DNA from: Hydrolagus colliei
Lineage: Eukaryota
DNA length: 64,000 bases
Assembly: GCA_035084275.1 (NCBI GenBank)
Contig: CM068745.1
Span: 67,828,001 to 67,892,000 of the forward strand
Direction: 5' to 3'
This document shows, in pieces, positions 1 through 12,000 of the stretch (its first letter is position 1; every line of letters begins with the position of its first letter). The notes beneath the pieces were generated by a model, which ran no database searches, was not told the DNA's origin, and saw nothing but the letters and a program-made list of their open reading frames with translations. The translations under genes were made by a program, and so were the position numbers.

Positions 1-103
1 CAATCTCTTTCCAAATTTTCTAATGTATCAAAGTTACTTCTGTACTTCAAAGTGGCTTAAAAATTCAATTTCTTCATTATTATTTTATGAGTGTAGGAAA
101 CAT

Positions 104-849
104 GAGGGAAAAGCTGATATATCGATATATCGCTAAAACCCAATATAATTTTCATATTGATACGGCGATATAGGCATTTGAAAAATATCGATATATCGAA
201 AAATCGATATCGAGGGAAAAAATCAGAATGCGCGCACACTGAACTACAAGACCCAGAATGCTCATCTCTATACACAATGCACAGACCGAGGTGCAAAGCC
301 GCCAGATTGTATTCATAGTCCTAGATACAATATACAGGTATGCAAGGGGTGAGGGGAGAGAGACGGCTGGAGGGGAGGGGAGAGAGACGGCTGGGGGGGG
401 GAGAGGGAGAGAGATGGCTGGGGGGGGAGGGAGAGAGAGACGGCGGAGGGGGGAGGGGGAAAGAGATGGGTGGGGGGGGAGAGAGACGACGGGGGTGGTG
501 GTGGGAGAGAGGGACGGCGGGGGGGGAGGAGAGAGGGACGGCGGTGGGGGTGGGGTGGGGGTAGAGACGGGGTGGATGTGATAATATACAGATAGAGATG
601 GGGGGGATGTGAGAGAGGAGAGAGACACAGAGACACAGACAGAAAAACACAGAGATGGAGAGAGTGAGTGTGAGAGACACAGAGAGAGAAAGATATTTAC
701 CTCCTGAGGAGATAGGCCCCGAATGCACGTGCACCCTGAATGCGCGCATGCGCAGTATGAAAAACCCGAAAATATTGATATTTCGGTATATCTCGATATG
801 AGCCCATCGATATATCTAAATCGGAAAATTTCCATATCGATGGACCCTA
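104..849 (-). mobile_element. Non-autonomous hAT-type element (family A, copy 1) with internal minisatellite
   Basis: Ends GAGGGAA.../...GGACCCTA; 8-bp TSD ggaaacat/ggaaacaa; many ATATCG subterminal motifs; reverse complement of 40761-41723. Confidence 0.85.
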
Positions 850-1525
850 GGAAACAAGGACAGTTGATGCTAAGACAACTAAAGGCAATCCTAATCCTTG
901 CATTTGATATAGCATCTTTAATGCCAGGAGAACTTCACAGGATTTATTGGAAAATTTAGCAATTGTATATTTTGCAAACTGGCAACCAATTTTCAGACAG
1001 CAGTGAATTATAACAGCCATTGTGAAAGAGTAGAACTTTCAAAACCAAACAGCACTGATGATTTCAATCTCAGTGAGCAGCGCATTCAAGAATCAACTCA
1101 CGTTTTCAATATTTTCTTCATATTATGTCAAAATATTTGAAGACCCTATATTTATATTTTAAATATCAAGAAGTTTAAGAAAATGCTATTCTATTTGATA
1201 TTCATGCTGTCAAATTTCAACTTAAGACTGGTCAATTTGATAAGAAAATGTAATATCGCCTACAACTATTACACATGTAAATTTGTAGAATTCCTGGCTT
1301 TTTGAAAAGCAACATTTGATCTAGGTACAAATGCAGATAGTTAAAAGCTACATTTTGGTTTATACTTAGCATTTCTAAAAAAATGGTAATTTTTATTCAG
1401 TGTTGTCTACCCAGTGGATGAATTCTCAGATGAATAAACTAAATTGGGTTAAAATTAATTGACGATCTGATTTACTGATTTAAAATTCTAATAGTTATTA
1501 ATAATATGTTAATATTTTCAAACTA

Positions 1526-2262
1526 CAGTAGAAGCCCGTTTATCTGTGACTCGATGAACCGGCACTTCAGTGTAACTGGCACGCCAAAAAAAAAGTCCCC
1601 ATTCGATAAACTGGAACTTATCCGGAACAATAGCAGTGGAGCATTTGTAAATGCATAAATAATAACAGAATATTGTATTGGTACTTATTGTTAAAACTAC
1701 TCTCTTGCGCTTCTCACCCTTACTAGTAGATGCTGCGCTTGAAGCCATGATGCTGCGGTCGAGGTTTGTAGTCCAGCGATTCTTTTTAAAATGGAGTATG
1801 CCAAGCGGGTGAAAACAACAGAGCGCAATTTTAAAGCCATGCTAGTGGCAAGCCGATAACGCTAGCCGATAACCCACATTGTCGCGCAGGTGCAGTATTT
1901 TGGTTTGAATGCTAGTAAAGTCTAGGGCTATCAGCTTGCCTCTAGTAAAGTTGCAAGTTGCAAGACTTTAAAATCGCGCTGCCGTTTTTTCACCCGTTTG
2001 GCGTCCTCCATTGAAAAAAGAATCGCTGGACTATAAACCTCAATCAGTAAAGGTGAGAAGCACAAGAGAGTAGTTTTAACAATAAGTACCAATACAGTAT
2101 TCTGTTATTATCTTATTATTTAGTCTGGTGTGTATGGTGTGTGTTAAAATAACTTAATTTTTTTGTTGTGGATTTTCGGCCATGGGCCGCCCGAATATGC
2201 GGCAGGCGCTTTAACCGGCAATGGCCAGGTCCCGCGGGTGCCGGATAAACAGGCTTTTACTG
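1526..2262. mobile_element. Tigger-like MITE (family B, long form) with internal inverted duplication
   Basis: TIRs CAGTAGAAGCCCGTTTATC / GATAAACAGGCTTTTACTG; the interior holds a KRKRVVLTI transposase-start remnant on both strands. Confidence 0.85.
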
Positions 2263-3307
2263 AATTTATTTCAGGAGATTTTCATAGAAAATGCCACTAA
2301 ACTTAGATGCCAGAATTACCTTTTAAGTTTAAAGCTTTCTTGGCAATAGATTTTTTTTTAACAAGCTTTTAGTTTTTATGAGCTAATGTGAATTCATATA
2401 AAATAATAATCCTTGCATTTGATATAGTGTCTTATCACTTTGTTGAGATGTTTCAAAGCCCTTCACAGAATTTATTGTAAATTTAATTCACTGTATTTTG
2501 TGGACAAAACTGTAATTATGCATGGAACCATGCACTGAAACTGTAATTGTGCATTGGTAACTGTAAAACTAAATGTAGCTTTTAAATATCCATCAAGGTA
2601 ATGGAGAAGCCTCTGGTTTTATATGACAATGCACTTGGTTCTTGTTCACTCTGCAGAATGAACTTGGCTTGAAATCCCAGAAGGCTCTGGAATGCAAATT
2701 TATTTAGTCTTAAAAGTTTAGATAGCACACAACTGGAATTATTTTTTAAATTCGGTTTGAATTCTGAAGACATTTCTCTACAGTTCTTGGCTTTAAGCAT
2801 TTTCTTCAATTCTGTGCCCTCTTGAATTTTTATATGAAGTCATATTAATAATAATCTTGTATTTGATATATTAAGGGACTAAGTAGAATTTATGGGTATT
2901 GCCTTTGTGACTATGTATGCTGTATGAGCACTCAGGAGCTACCCCAGATGAAGGGCATTGGATAAATCCAAGTTGTTATAATTTAGTACTTTTTACTGTG
3001 TATTAGATGCATTTTCTCACCTTTCTCTATCATACAAATTGCCTTTTTGATAAGTTGCTCACTTGGTGGCAGTGAAACACATTAGTGTTCTAGCATATAC
3101 ATGGAACAGTACAGATGGTTTAAAGTTGTAACTGTTTATGAATTACTGAATGTTTCATCTATGTTCTTGGAGAACAAGTCACTTGATGGCAATCTAAATT
3201 CAATGATTAGAGCACAAGGGGGCAATATTTTATGTAACACAGTAATTTTGACCAACTAATTTAATTTATATTCTAAGACGATGAACAGTGTTGCTGTGTT
3301 TCTCTAG

Positions 3308-3416
3308 ATATGCAAGCCTTTATTTCTGCTGTGCAATTGAGGACCAGGACAATGAGCTCATAACTCTTGAGATTATCCATCGCTATGTTGAACTGCTGGA
3401 CAAGTATTTTGGAAGC
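3308..3416 (+). CDS. AP1S2: AP-1 complex subunit sigma-2, internal coding exon (109 nt)
   Basis: tctctag|A TAT GCA AGC...GGA AGC|gtaag; translates (R)[36 protein letters not shown], matching sigma-1B as I know it. The upstream exons are outside the window. Confidence 0.97.
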
Positions 3417-3660
3417 GTAAGTTTTAAAATTTTGAATTGATTTCCTTGATGCTTTATGGCTACTCACGTGAGCTATTGAAACCTCTTTAAGAAAAAGAAC
3501 TAATGCATTAAAGTGTCTCAAATGTGTGACAAGAAGGACAAGAAAATATTTTCATTTTCCATCCATACTACCCCCTCCCCCCACCCCCAGTAAAATTGTT
3601 TTTAAGATTCATTGTAAACTGGTTTAGACATCAGAATACATTTTGCTTCCATCTCTGAAG

Positions 3661-3798
3661 GTCTGTGAACTTGATATTATCTTCAACTTTGAGAAGGCTT
3701 ACTTTATCTTGGATGAGTTCCTGTTGGGAGGAGAAGTGCAGGAGACTTCAAAGAAAAACGTACTGAAAGCAATTGAACAAGCTGACCTGTTGCAGGAG
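3661..3798 (+). CDS. AP1S2: AP1S2 internal coding exon (138 nt)
   Basis: ctgaag|GTC TGT GAA...CAG GAG|gtaaga; [46 protein letters not shown]; phase 0/0, in frame with the previous exon. Confidence 0.97.
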
Positions 3799-6700
3799 GT
3801 AAGAGTATCAGCATGTTGTGTTTTGGCAGAGATAAATTTATTTGTATACTAACCCTAAAATTTCCAATGCTTTTTAGATAGAAAGCATGCTTTCCTCTGT
3901 TGCTTTCACGTTTAGTTGCATTATGTTATGAATGTGTGGTTTGCAGCTGCATGTTTCTCTTGTGATAGTATATGGAGGCAGAAATTTGTCACGCTTAGAG
4001 GTTCAGATTTTGAACAGATTGCATATGTTTGTATTTTACAGATTAAAACTACACAATAAAATGGTTTTGGTCCCACATTTGCTTGTGAGGGTCCTTTAAG
4101 CACTATAGTACCTCAAATCTAACCATTTCTGCCTTCAGAGACTTCAGTAACATTCCAGTTTAGTACTTTTTCCATACTGTGCCTATGATTCCATCTCTGT
4201 TCTGCTTTATGTTGTACTTTTTCTAGAAAGATTAGCTTCTGCTTGGTGTTTGACAATAGTGTATTTACAACCTTGCAGTTTAGCGCTTTCTTTGTTACTT
4301 ATCTGATGTCTGTGCTTCTTTACTGTCCCATTGCTGAAATCCAGAAGCTAGACTCGCTTCTATGATGCTTTCCAGGTATAGTTGATTAACACTGTGTTAT
4401 TTCGTAGAACCAAATGTACAGTATTGTGGAAGATTTAACTGTAAAACTATAGGATATTTGAGTAACTTTGTGGTCCAATATTACTCTACCCATTTCAGAT
4501 TTAACCTTTTTTTTGGACTCAACAGGAGCACATTGTTTCTTCAATTCCAACCATATTATTAGGAGGCATTTGTATGCAACCATTACAGATCGAATGGCAC
4601 TTAAATTGTTAGTATATGCATTCATTTAATAGGCAGGCAAGACATTTTAACAGGCAGTGTTACACTAATTGGAAGAATATTACCTAGGAATTTATGGAAG
4701 ATTGATGACTTCCACAAAGTTAAACACCAGAACAAATAGTTGGGTGAATAAAGGGACATTAACAACTTGCATTTATATAGTGCCCTTCACATAGAATAAT
4801 TGATCAAAATCAATCAACCACGACTGTGTGCAATTTCACCCACAAATATACTGTCACTTCACTTACACTATTTTCTGTGAAGCGCTTTGAGACGTCTAGA
4901 AGATGTGAAAATGCTATATCAAATGCAAGAATTATGATTATTATAAGGTGCTTCACAAAGACATGGTTGGATGCCAAGCAAAGAGGGATGGGGAAAGGAT
5001 AGGCACAGTAAAAGAGGTAATGTGATATTCAAAGAACGATAGAGGTAGGAGCGTTTCAGTGATTAGTAGTGTAGCTACTAAGATTTGGTTACTGATGGTG
5101 GCACTTACTCATCTTCCTACCTCCATCACCTTTGCCTTCTACCCCTCTTGAACTCAAGCTTTCCAGGGCCTTGGGACTTCCTCCTGATGTGAAAGGTGCT
5201 ATGTAAATGCAATTTGCTGTAGTTGTTGTCAGCTAGCCCTAATGAATAACTATTACTACAATATTTCTATAATAACTATTGCTATTATAATAATATTAAC
5301 TATTACTACAACTTTTTAAATTCAGTGTTCTTGAACTAATGCTAATGTACGCACGTATTGGTAGAATGTAACACTAAATTTGGTATGCTAAGTCTTGCTT
5401 AGGTGAAGTTTGATTTTTTTAAAAATTGGGAGATGGAATGTTGCTAGCTCAAGGCAGCAGAATTGCATTTGAGATAATTAGACAGCTAAGCCTTGCACTT
5501 TATATTCCTCAAGGTATGAACAAAAGGCTGCTCTATTTCTGGACTTGGAAGGAGACCAAGTGCTGTAATGCTATTTTTTTTCCCTTTCATGGAAAATCTG
5601 GTAGTAGATGAAATAATTATTTGGTGTAGTGGTGCATCTTGGATAGACTTAATTTTGTCAACAATAATTGGCATGGGGGTGAAATAGTATTATTAGGTGT
5701 GTTTAGCAAACTGTAGCCCAGAGAAATGTGGAAAAATGAATTGTTTTTAGTTTGCAGTTGCCAGTGAGGGAATATAAAATTCTGCTGTGCATATAAAATA
5801 AGGAACGTGTTTTTACTGTTCTTTTCAAAGATATTCGTAAAATTTACTAAAATAAATAACATTGAAAAAAGTTATTTTGTGACATTTGCACGTATCTCTG
5901 ATCTGAATTACTTTTAATTTTCAGGTTTCTAATATAACTTTCAATTCACAGGTGTTTCAATTTACCACATGACAAAGTATCTGAACACCAAAGCCTGTCC
6001 CGAGGCAACTCCAGTTCATCTCTTATCTTATGTTATCTTATGCTAAGCGATATTCATATTGTTAAAAAATGCAAATTGTTTGGATTTAATGGTATGTGCT
6101 CCCAATACAAAACTCTTCATGAAACACAACCTCTAAATCAAGTTTTGATGCCAATAAGCACTACATTGATATGTCTTTCTGTATACAGAGTAATCTAATT
6201 AAAATGCATAAATCTGCAGTATTTCATGCAGAATGCCTCCAAAACAGAATCTTAAATATAATATTGTTAATGAATGTGATCTCCTGGAGAGTCTAGTTTT
6301 GTCCTTGGAAAACTGGCCACATAATTCTGTCTTTCTTTTGTAGTGGAATTTTGCTTTCAACTCTGGAAAGTTGAGCTCGGAATTAAATACAATTTACTTA
6401 GCGCCTTTCACATCAGGAGGACGTCGCAAAGTGCAAAAATTGCAGTTGCTCAAGGCCAAGTTGTGCCTTGAATTCTGATGTGAATAACCAAAATGCTATT
6501 TTTTTTGATAGGGAGAGAATAACTAGGATTGTGTTAACCAAATGAGAGATTTTATTTCCTTCATTTTATTTTAGGTCTAACCCTTTTTAAAAACAAATTC
6601 TTTAGATTTAGAGAATGTAAATAGCCGTGTTAAGTGCCTTTCCTGACAGCCAAATCTGAGACGATCAATTTATATTGGGAATTGGTCATTTCATATTTCA

Positions 6701-8874
6701 GTGGTGCTTTTTTTCTATAGTGTTGGGTTGTGCCATCAGCTCTCCTTAACAAATGCTACTTTGATTCTCTTTAATAATGTAGTGAATTAAGAGCACTTGG
6801 GAAATACTATTTGCACTTGTCATGTCAAACGGTAAGTAACACCTTCAGTGTCAGAGGTGAATTCCTACAAAAAAATGTTTTTAGACTTCTAAAGAATCTT
6901 TTTTTAAATGGAAGAATATTGGATATTGAAGGAGGACTGCTTTTGGATGTATGAGGAAGATACATAATCCCAAATTAAAAGTGGCCAAGCCACTTAAAAG
7001 TGCATTCCAAGTTCTGAACCAACAAGAATGTGTGTTTAATATTAATCACTGGCTGCCATTGCAGTTATGCCAAACTGATTATTTATGCATTGTGTTGAGG
7101 TTATTTTTGGTTGATTTGTCTTGAAAGGAAACAACCTGGCTGAATAAATATATGTAAACACAGGTGAGTGATTAATAACAATGAACAATATGACATTAAA
7201 GTTGTACAGATTACATTAAGTAATATCAGAAAATTCCTATTGTAGAAAAAACATTTGGGAAGTCAGTGTTGAACGACTTGGTGATGCTTGGGAAAGAGAA
7301 TATTTTGATTGATGTTTCATCCTGTCAATACCTTATGGCATTAAAGAATGGAGTCCACTTTGACTGGACTAGATCTGGTGATCTGATGTAAAAGACCAGC
7401 TTTAAGTGTGATCTAACCTGTTAGAATTAGTTGAATTTTAATATTAGTATGTAGACTATCCCTGTTACTAATAATAAATACATTAATATGCAGTAGTTTT
7501 GCATCCTATCCTTCAATAATTGATGCACGTGTCTTAGAAAAGACTAATAAGCTAGTAATTTTAACATGAAACCTAACATTTACTTTTTAACCTTTAAATT
7601 TGGGGCTCGAAAAAATATATGTAAGTATTGGATCTAATGAATAAAATGTTTCTGTTAATAGAACTTTCAAGTTTTCAATTAGAAATGTGGAAGAGTTTTT
7701 GATTTTTTTTTACCTTCTGTTTAAATTATATAAATTACGGCATAAGTTAAATATCCACCAATTAACAACATTTTGTTCGTAACATTTTTTGCATCCAATA
7801 GAAATAGTCCTTAATCCAATATAAAGTGGAAGAGAAGAGATGTTGAATGAGATGAGTATTAAACATGAAGCTATATGATATTTTAGAATGTTGGGGCCTA
7901 TCTTCTGTGGATAAATGTACAGCTTGGGATGACACTGAGCCTGATAAATTGTGTAGGATTTGATTGACCATAGGATTCTTTGGTTAAAATTGGGAATATT
8001 AGCTGGAGTTCCACCTTCTATTCGTCATACGGTCAATTTACTTGGTAGTGCATATGCATCAATGTTCAATGAATAGTGGAGTGAGTTATGATCTTTCTGG
8101 GTCAATAGCCTACTGGGACTCATTCTTTTAGCTCACTTCTGAAGAATACTGTCTTGGCAGACAATTTCATCTATGAAATTATGTTATGAGTCATATGTTG
8201 GATTTTATCCAAGTAAAATTTTCATATTTAAAAAAAATTAACCTTAACAGGGTTGATTCCATATTACCCATAATATGCACACAGTATGCATCAGTGTTCT
8301 CCACAACCTGAAATTAAAAGGTTCGACATCAGCAGCATGACTTCAGAGCACTTCATCGCTACGTCGTACGTACGCACGCACGCACGCACAGGCAAACTCT
8401 CACTCGATCATGTCATGATCAGTAAATATTAAAAACAAGACCTGCGAGTGTGACAAGTGTGAGGCAAGGAGGTAAGTACATCGGGGATGCACACTCCACA
8501 ACTTCATCCCTCCTCCCGCCCTACACACACACGGCACAGACTCTCACTCTCCCTTTCCATGTCTCTCATCTTCCTGGTGCGCCGGCCACTCTCTTCTTAC
8601 CATTCACTCCGCTGAAATAATACTTCTGACAAATATTTTCCAAACATGTTTAGAAAAATTATAACGTGTCTGTAAATTTTAAATGTGTCGGCCTGACACG
8701 TCAAAAGCGGTCGTGGAGAACACTGATGCATATCTGAATTATTCCACTGCTTTATATCTTGATGATATAAATTACTTTTAATCAAACCCTAACATTTGTA
8801 CATGGAAGCTTTCACTATAAATTACGCAACATGTGCCAACTTGTAATTAAATATAGCCTCACAGTAGATAAGCG

Positions 8875-9076
8875 CAGTAAAAGCCTGTTTATCCGGCACT
8901 CGGGATCTGGCCAATGCCGGTTTAAGCGCGTGCTGGATATTCGGACGAAAACGCTAATTTTTTTAAATGCAGTTTTTCCAGATAAATTCCGGTTAATCGA
9001 ATGCAGACCTTTTTTTGATGTGCCGTTTGTACGGAAGTTACGGCTGATTGGGTGCCGGATAAACAGGCTTTTACTG
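8875..9076. mobile_element. Tigger-like MITE family B (~200 bp)
   Basis: CAGTAAAAGCCTGTTTATCCGGCAC ... GTGCCGGATAAACAGGCTTTTACTG|TA. Confidence 0.88.
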
Positions 9077-12000
9077 TAATAGTTTTCAGTTTGAATAGGG
9101 CATTTTATGGGTTGGTTTTATGGTTTTGCCCCGTCTCTGTGATCTCCTCAAACCCTCCCAACCTCTTTGCTTGGTGGGTTTTGGCCTGCTCCACGTCCCC
9201 CAACCTGCCCACTCCAAAATCAGAAGTCGTGCCTTTTGCCTTTCTGCAGCCACCCTCTGGAATTTAATCCTGTAGCCGCTTCCTGCCAACCCAAGACCTT
9301 CTTCTTTGACAGTGCCTTCAATCATCTTCCCATTGTTGTAGCCTGCAGCTTGCGTGCAATCCCTTCAATGTCAGCGCTTTGGAATGTCCTCTCAACAAGA
9401 AAGGCGCTATATAATTGTACTTTATTTAGTTGTTGTTCGATGGCTAGAGGTGAATTACCGTATTTGTCCTAGATTGTCATTTTCACAGAACAGCTGATTT
9501 GGTTTGTTTGTTAATTGATGGTTTTAACAGCTAGGTCTATGATTTGCCCACTTGCTCTACTTCCTGTGCTGTGATTCATCATTTTCTTAGATATTTGAAC
9601 TTGTGCAGGAAGTTGTAGCACTTCTCCATTTTGAGGCATGAACATTGAGTTTACAAGTCAGGTATAGATAGCACTGTTTGATTATAGAGGAAAGGTAAAC
9701 CTTGATTTCAGTTTCAGAATACCTTTTACTAAATTTTCCAGTTCCACACCAGCCACCCTTACTCTCCAAAATTACTGCATTTGGGGTAGAAATAGGTGTT
9801 TTTGTGCTATGGATCTGTGCCCAGCTGGAACTGGATTGAGTGTGCCAAACTTGTTTCACTTTGGACTCTTGGATTTGGCAAAGGAGACTTTTTCTCTAAT
9901 GATGTTAGGCCAATTTGATGAGAGTAGACTACTGGAGTCCAGTCTCTCGGTTGTTCATACAAAAATTTTAATCCTATTCTTCACTTTAATGGAAGTATAG
10001 CTAGGGATAACTAAGTGGTACTCCAAATTATTCTCTCTTCCCCCAATTAGTTATATATCCCTACAGTGCAATGTATTTTCTAAAACAAGTTTGCAAAGTT
10101 AAAATTCAGGTTTCAGAACTGCATGCAATGAAGTAGTGCTGGTTTAGGGAAAATATCTTAACAGCCTGACACAAAGTTTTTAAAAAGCTCCCCAAATGGC
10201 CTGCTGTTCGGGTTTTGCATTTTATTGTTAGAAAATATTGCTTTATTTCTAAAAACAAAAAACAGAAGTTGCTGGGAAAACAGATTTCCAGTATTTTGTG
10301 TTTTGCTTTTTTTTTCTAAACTCATTGTTTTATATTCTCATTAAAGGGCTGCAAATGCAGTTAAGTGCATATGTGTGGAGCTCTGATTTTCCCTAACTAT
10401 ATTCCAATTCGGTGATTCCTGTTTATCATGCTGTAAAAATAGGTACCACTCTTAGGTAGAACTCTATGGTTGCAGCAAAAAATCAATTAAAGTATTCAGA
10501 GAAATGGTTTATTCCAGAATACTTAACTGCTTTTTCTGCACTAGTTATTTAGAGGATTTCATGTTTCTTCTGGTCTTTCTCGACAATGGTGCATGTTGAG
10601 GCAATTTATGACCTAATCATTTATGTGTTTGAGTTTCAATTACAGCATATTCAATAATGCAGTATTTGTTCTTAACGGGTTGAGATATAGATTTTTTCGA
10701 GTCCAGGTTTAATCAACATGAATTGCTGGAGGATACACAGGTCATGAAATTGTGTGTTTTTATTAAATTGGCTAAATTAGAGTTAATTCACAGTGCTTTG
10801 CATTGTATATCTAAAAATGCAAGTACTATAATTTCCAAGAATTCTTCATACATTATTAGTTTTTATATTTCATTATATCTTTCAATGTTCATGGCCTGGG
10901 TGTCCTTGTACTAATGTGAAATAAGGGCTTCTGCTGATATCAAATTGCTATTAATGAAATAATGCATTTCTATTTTGTGTATAATTGTTCTTTTTCGTTT
11001 ATGTATTTCTTCTGTTTGCAGTTCCGGTGTAATACTGGAGGAAAACAAAAAATTCTCACATGCTGCTTAATTTTGTGTTTTAGAACCAAAATGAAGACTG
11101 GGGAAGTTTGTCAGCTGACGATATCTTATGATTGAAAGAAATCTTAGGCTTTTTGCCTGTTTTGAGTCCCATCCAGACCATTGGTAACTATTTTCCCATT
11201 TGAGTGGCATGGGTATAGTTTGGGAGCATAATGAATGATGCACGTCTGCAAACCTTTCCATGGTACTGATCGCTAAATTGCCTGTTAACTGGTGAAAGGT
11301 TGGGAGGAACAATATCTCGGTACTGAAGCAAATTGGTGATGGGGTTGATCCTATTCGGCATTTGCATGAATATTGTGCCTTGTTCCTGCTAATGTTGTTT
11401 CAAGCTAACATTTAAAAAAAAATGCTCAACTTGCAGCGAATGTATATCTTGATCTAATTATTTTATTTAATATTATAATAAATGGCAATAGACCATCAAA
11501 ACTAATAATCTGTAAAATAGGTCTTTCATTCTTAAGTATTCCTGTGAATGCTAACTAATAGGATGAGTGGTGTCTAGGCCATTGTTTTATGATATTTATG
11601 ATCACTTAGATAATAATTTTTCAAAGGAATATCTGAATGTTCAGTTTCCTCTCTTTTGTATGATTGCCTCATACATCTGCTGTAGGTGAATAGATAATTC
11701 AGTGAGGTTGTTCTTCGATAGATAAATCAATGAGATTGTTAGCACGAACTGAGCTGAGAGTGTGGATATTCCTTCATCAGCTTGTCCATGTCAAGTAATC
11801 CAAGGTTAAAGTTAATTTGGGAAAGCATCAGAACTTTCTAAGTATCCTAGTGGCAAATTGTACAGTATGTTGCTTTGCAACCTCTATTTACTGACATGTC
11901 TGCAGCCCACCAAAAAATCACAAACCCTTACAGCACCTAGCCTATATATAGCCATTCACTATCTGCAGATTACTTTAATATGGTTCAAGTAGTACAGAAA

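Noticed and set aside
152-835. Pro/Ser-rich ORFs here and at 40806-41659
   Set aside because: They come from the CT-rich VNTR inside the hAT MITE.
8250-8795. CpG-rich patch with (cgca)n and possible AGGGTT/AACCCT ends
   Set aside because: Probably a decayed DNA element, but neither TIR nor TSD is convincing.
11022-11135. Strong-looking acceptor followed by a 37-codon frame in the AP1S2 last intron
   Set aside because: The peptide looks random, and there is no donor or supporting regulatory motif; not distinguishable from a cryptic site.
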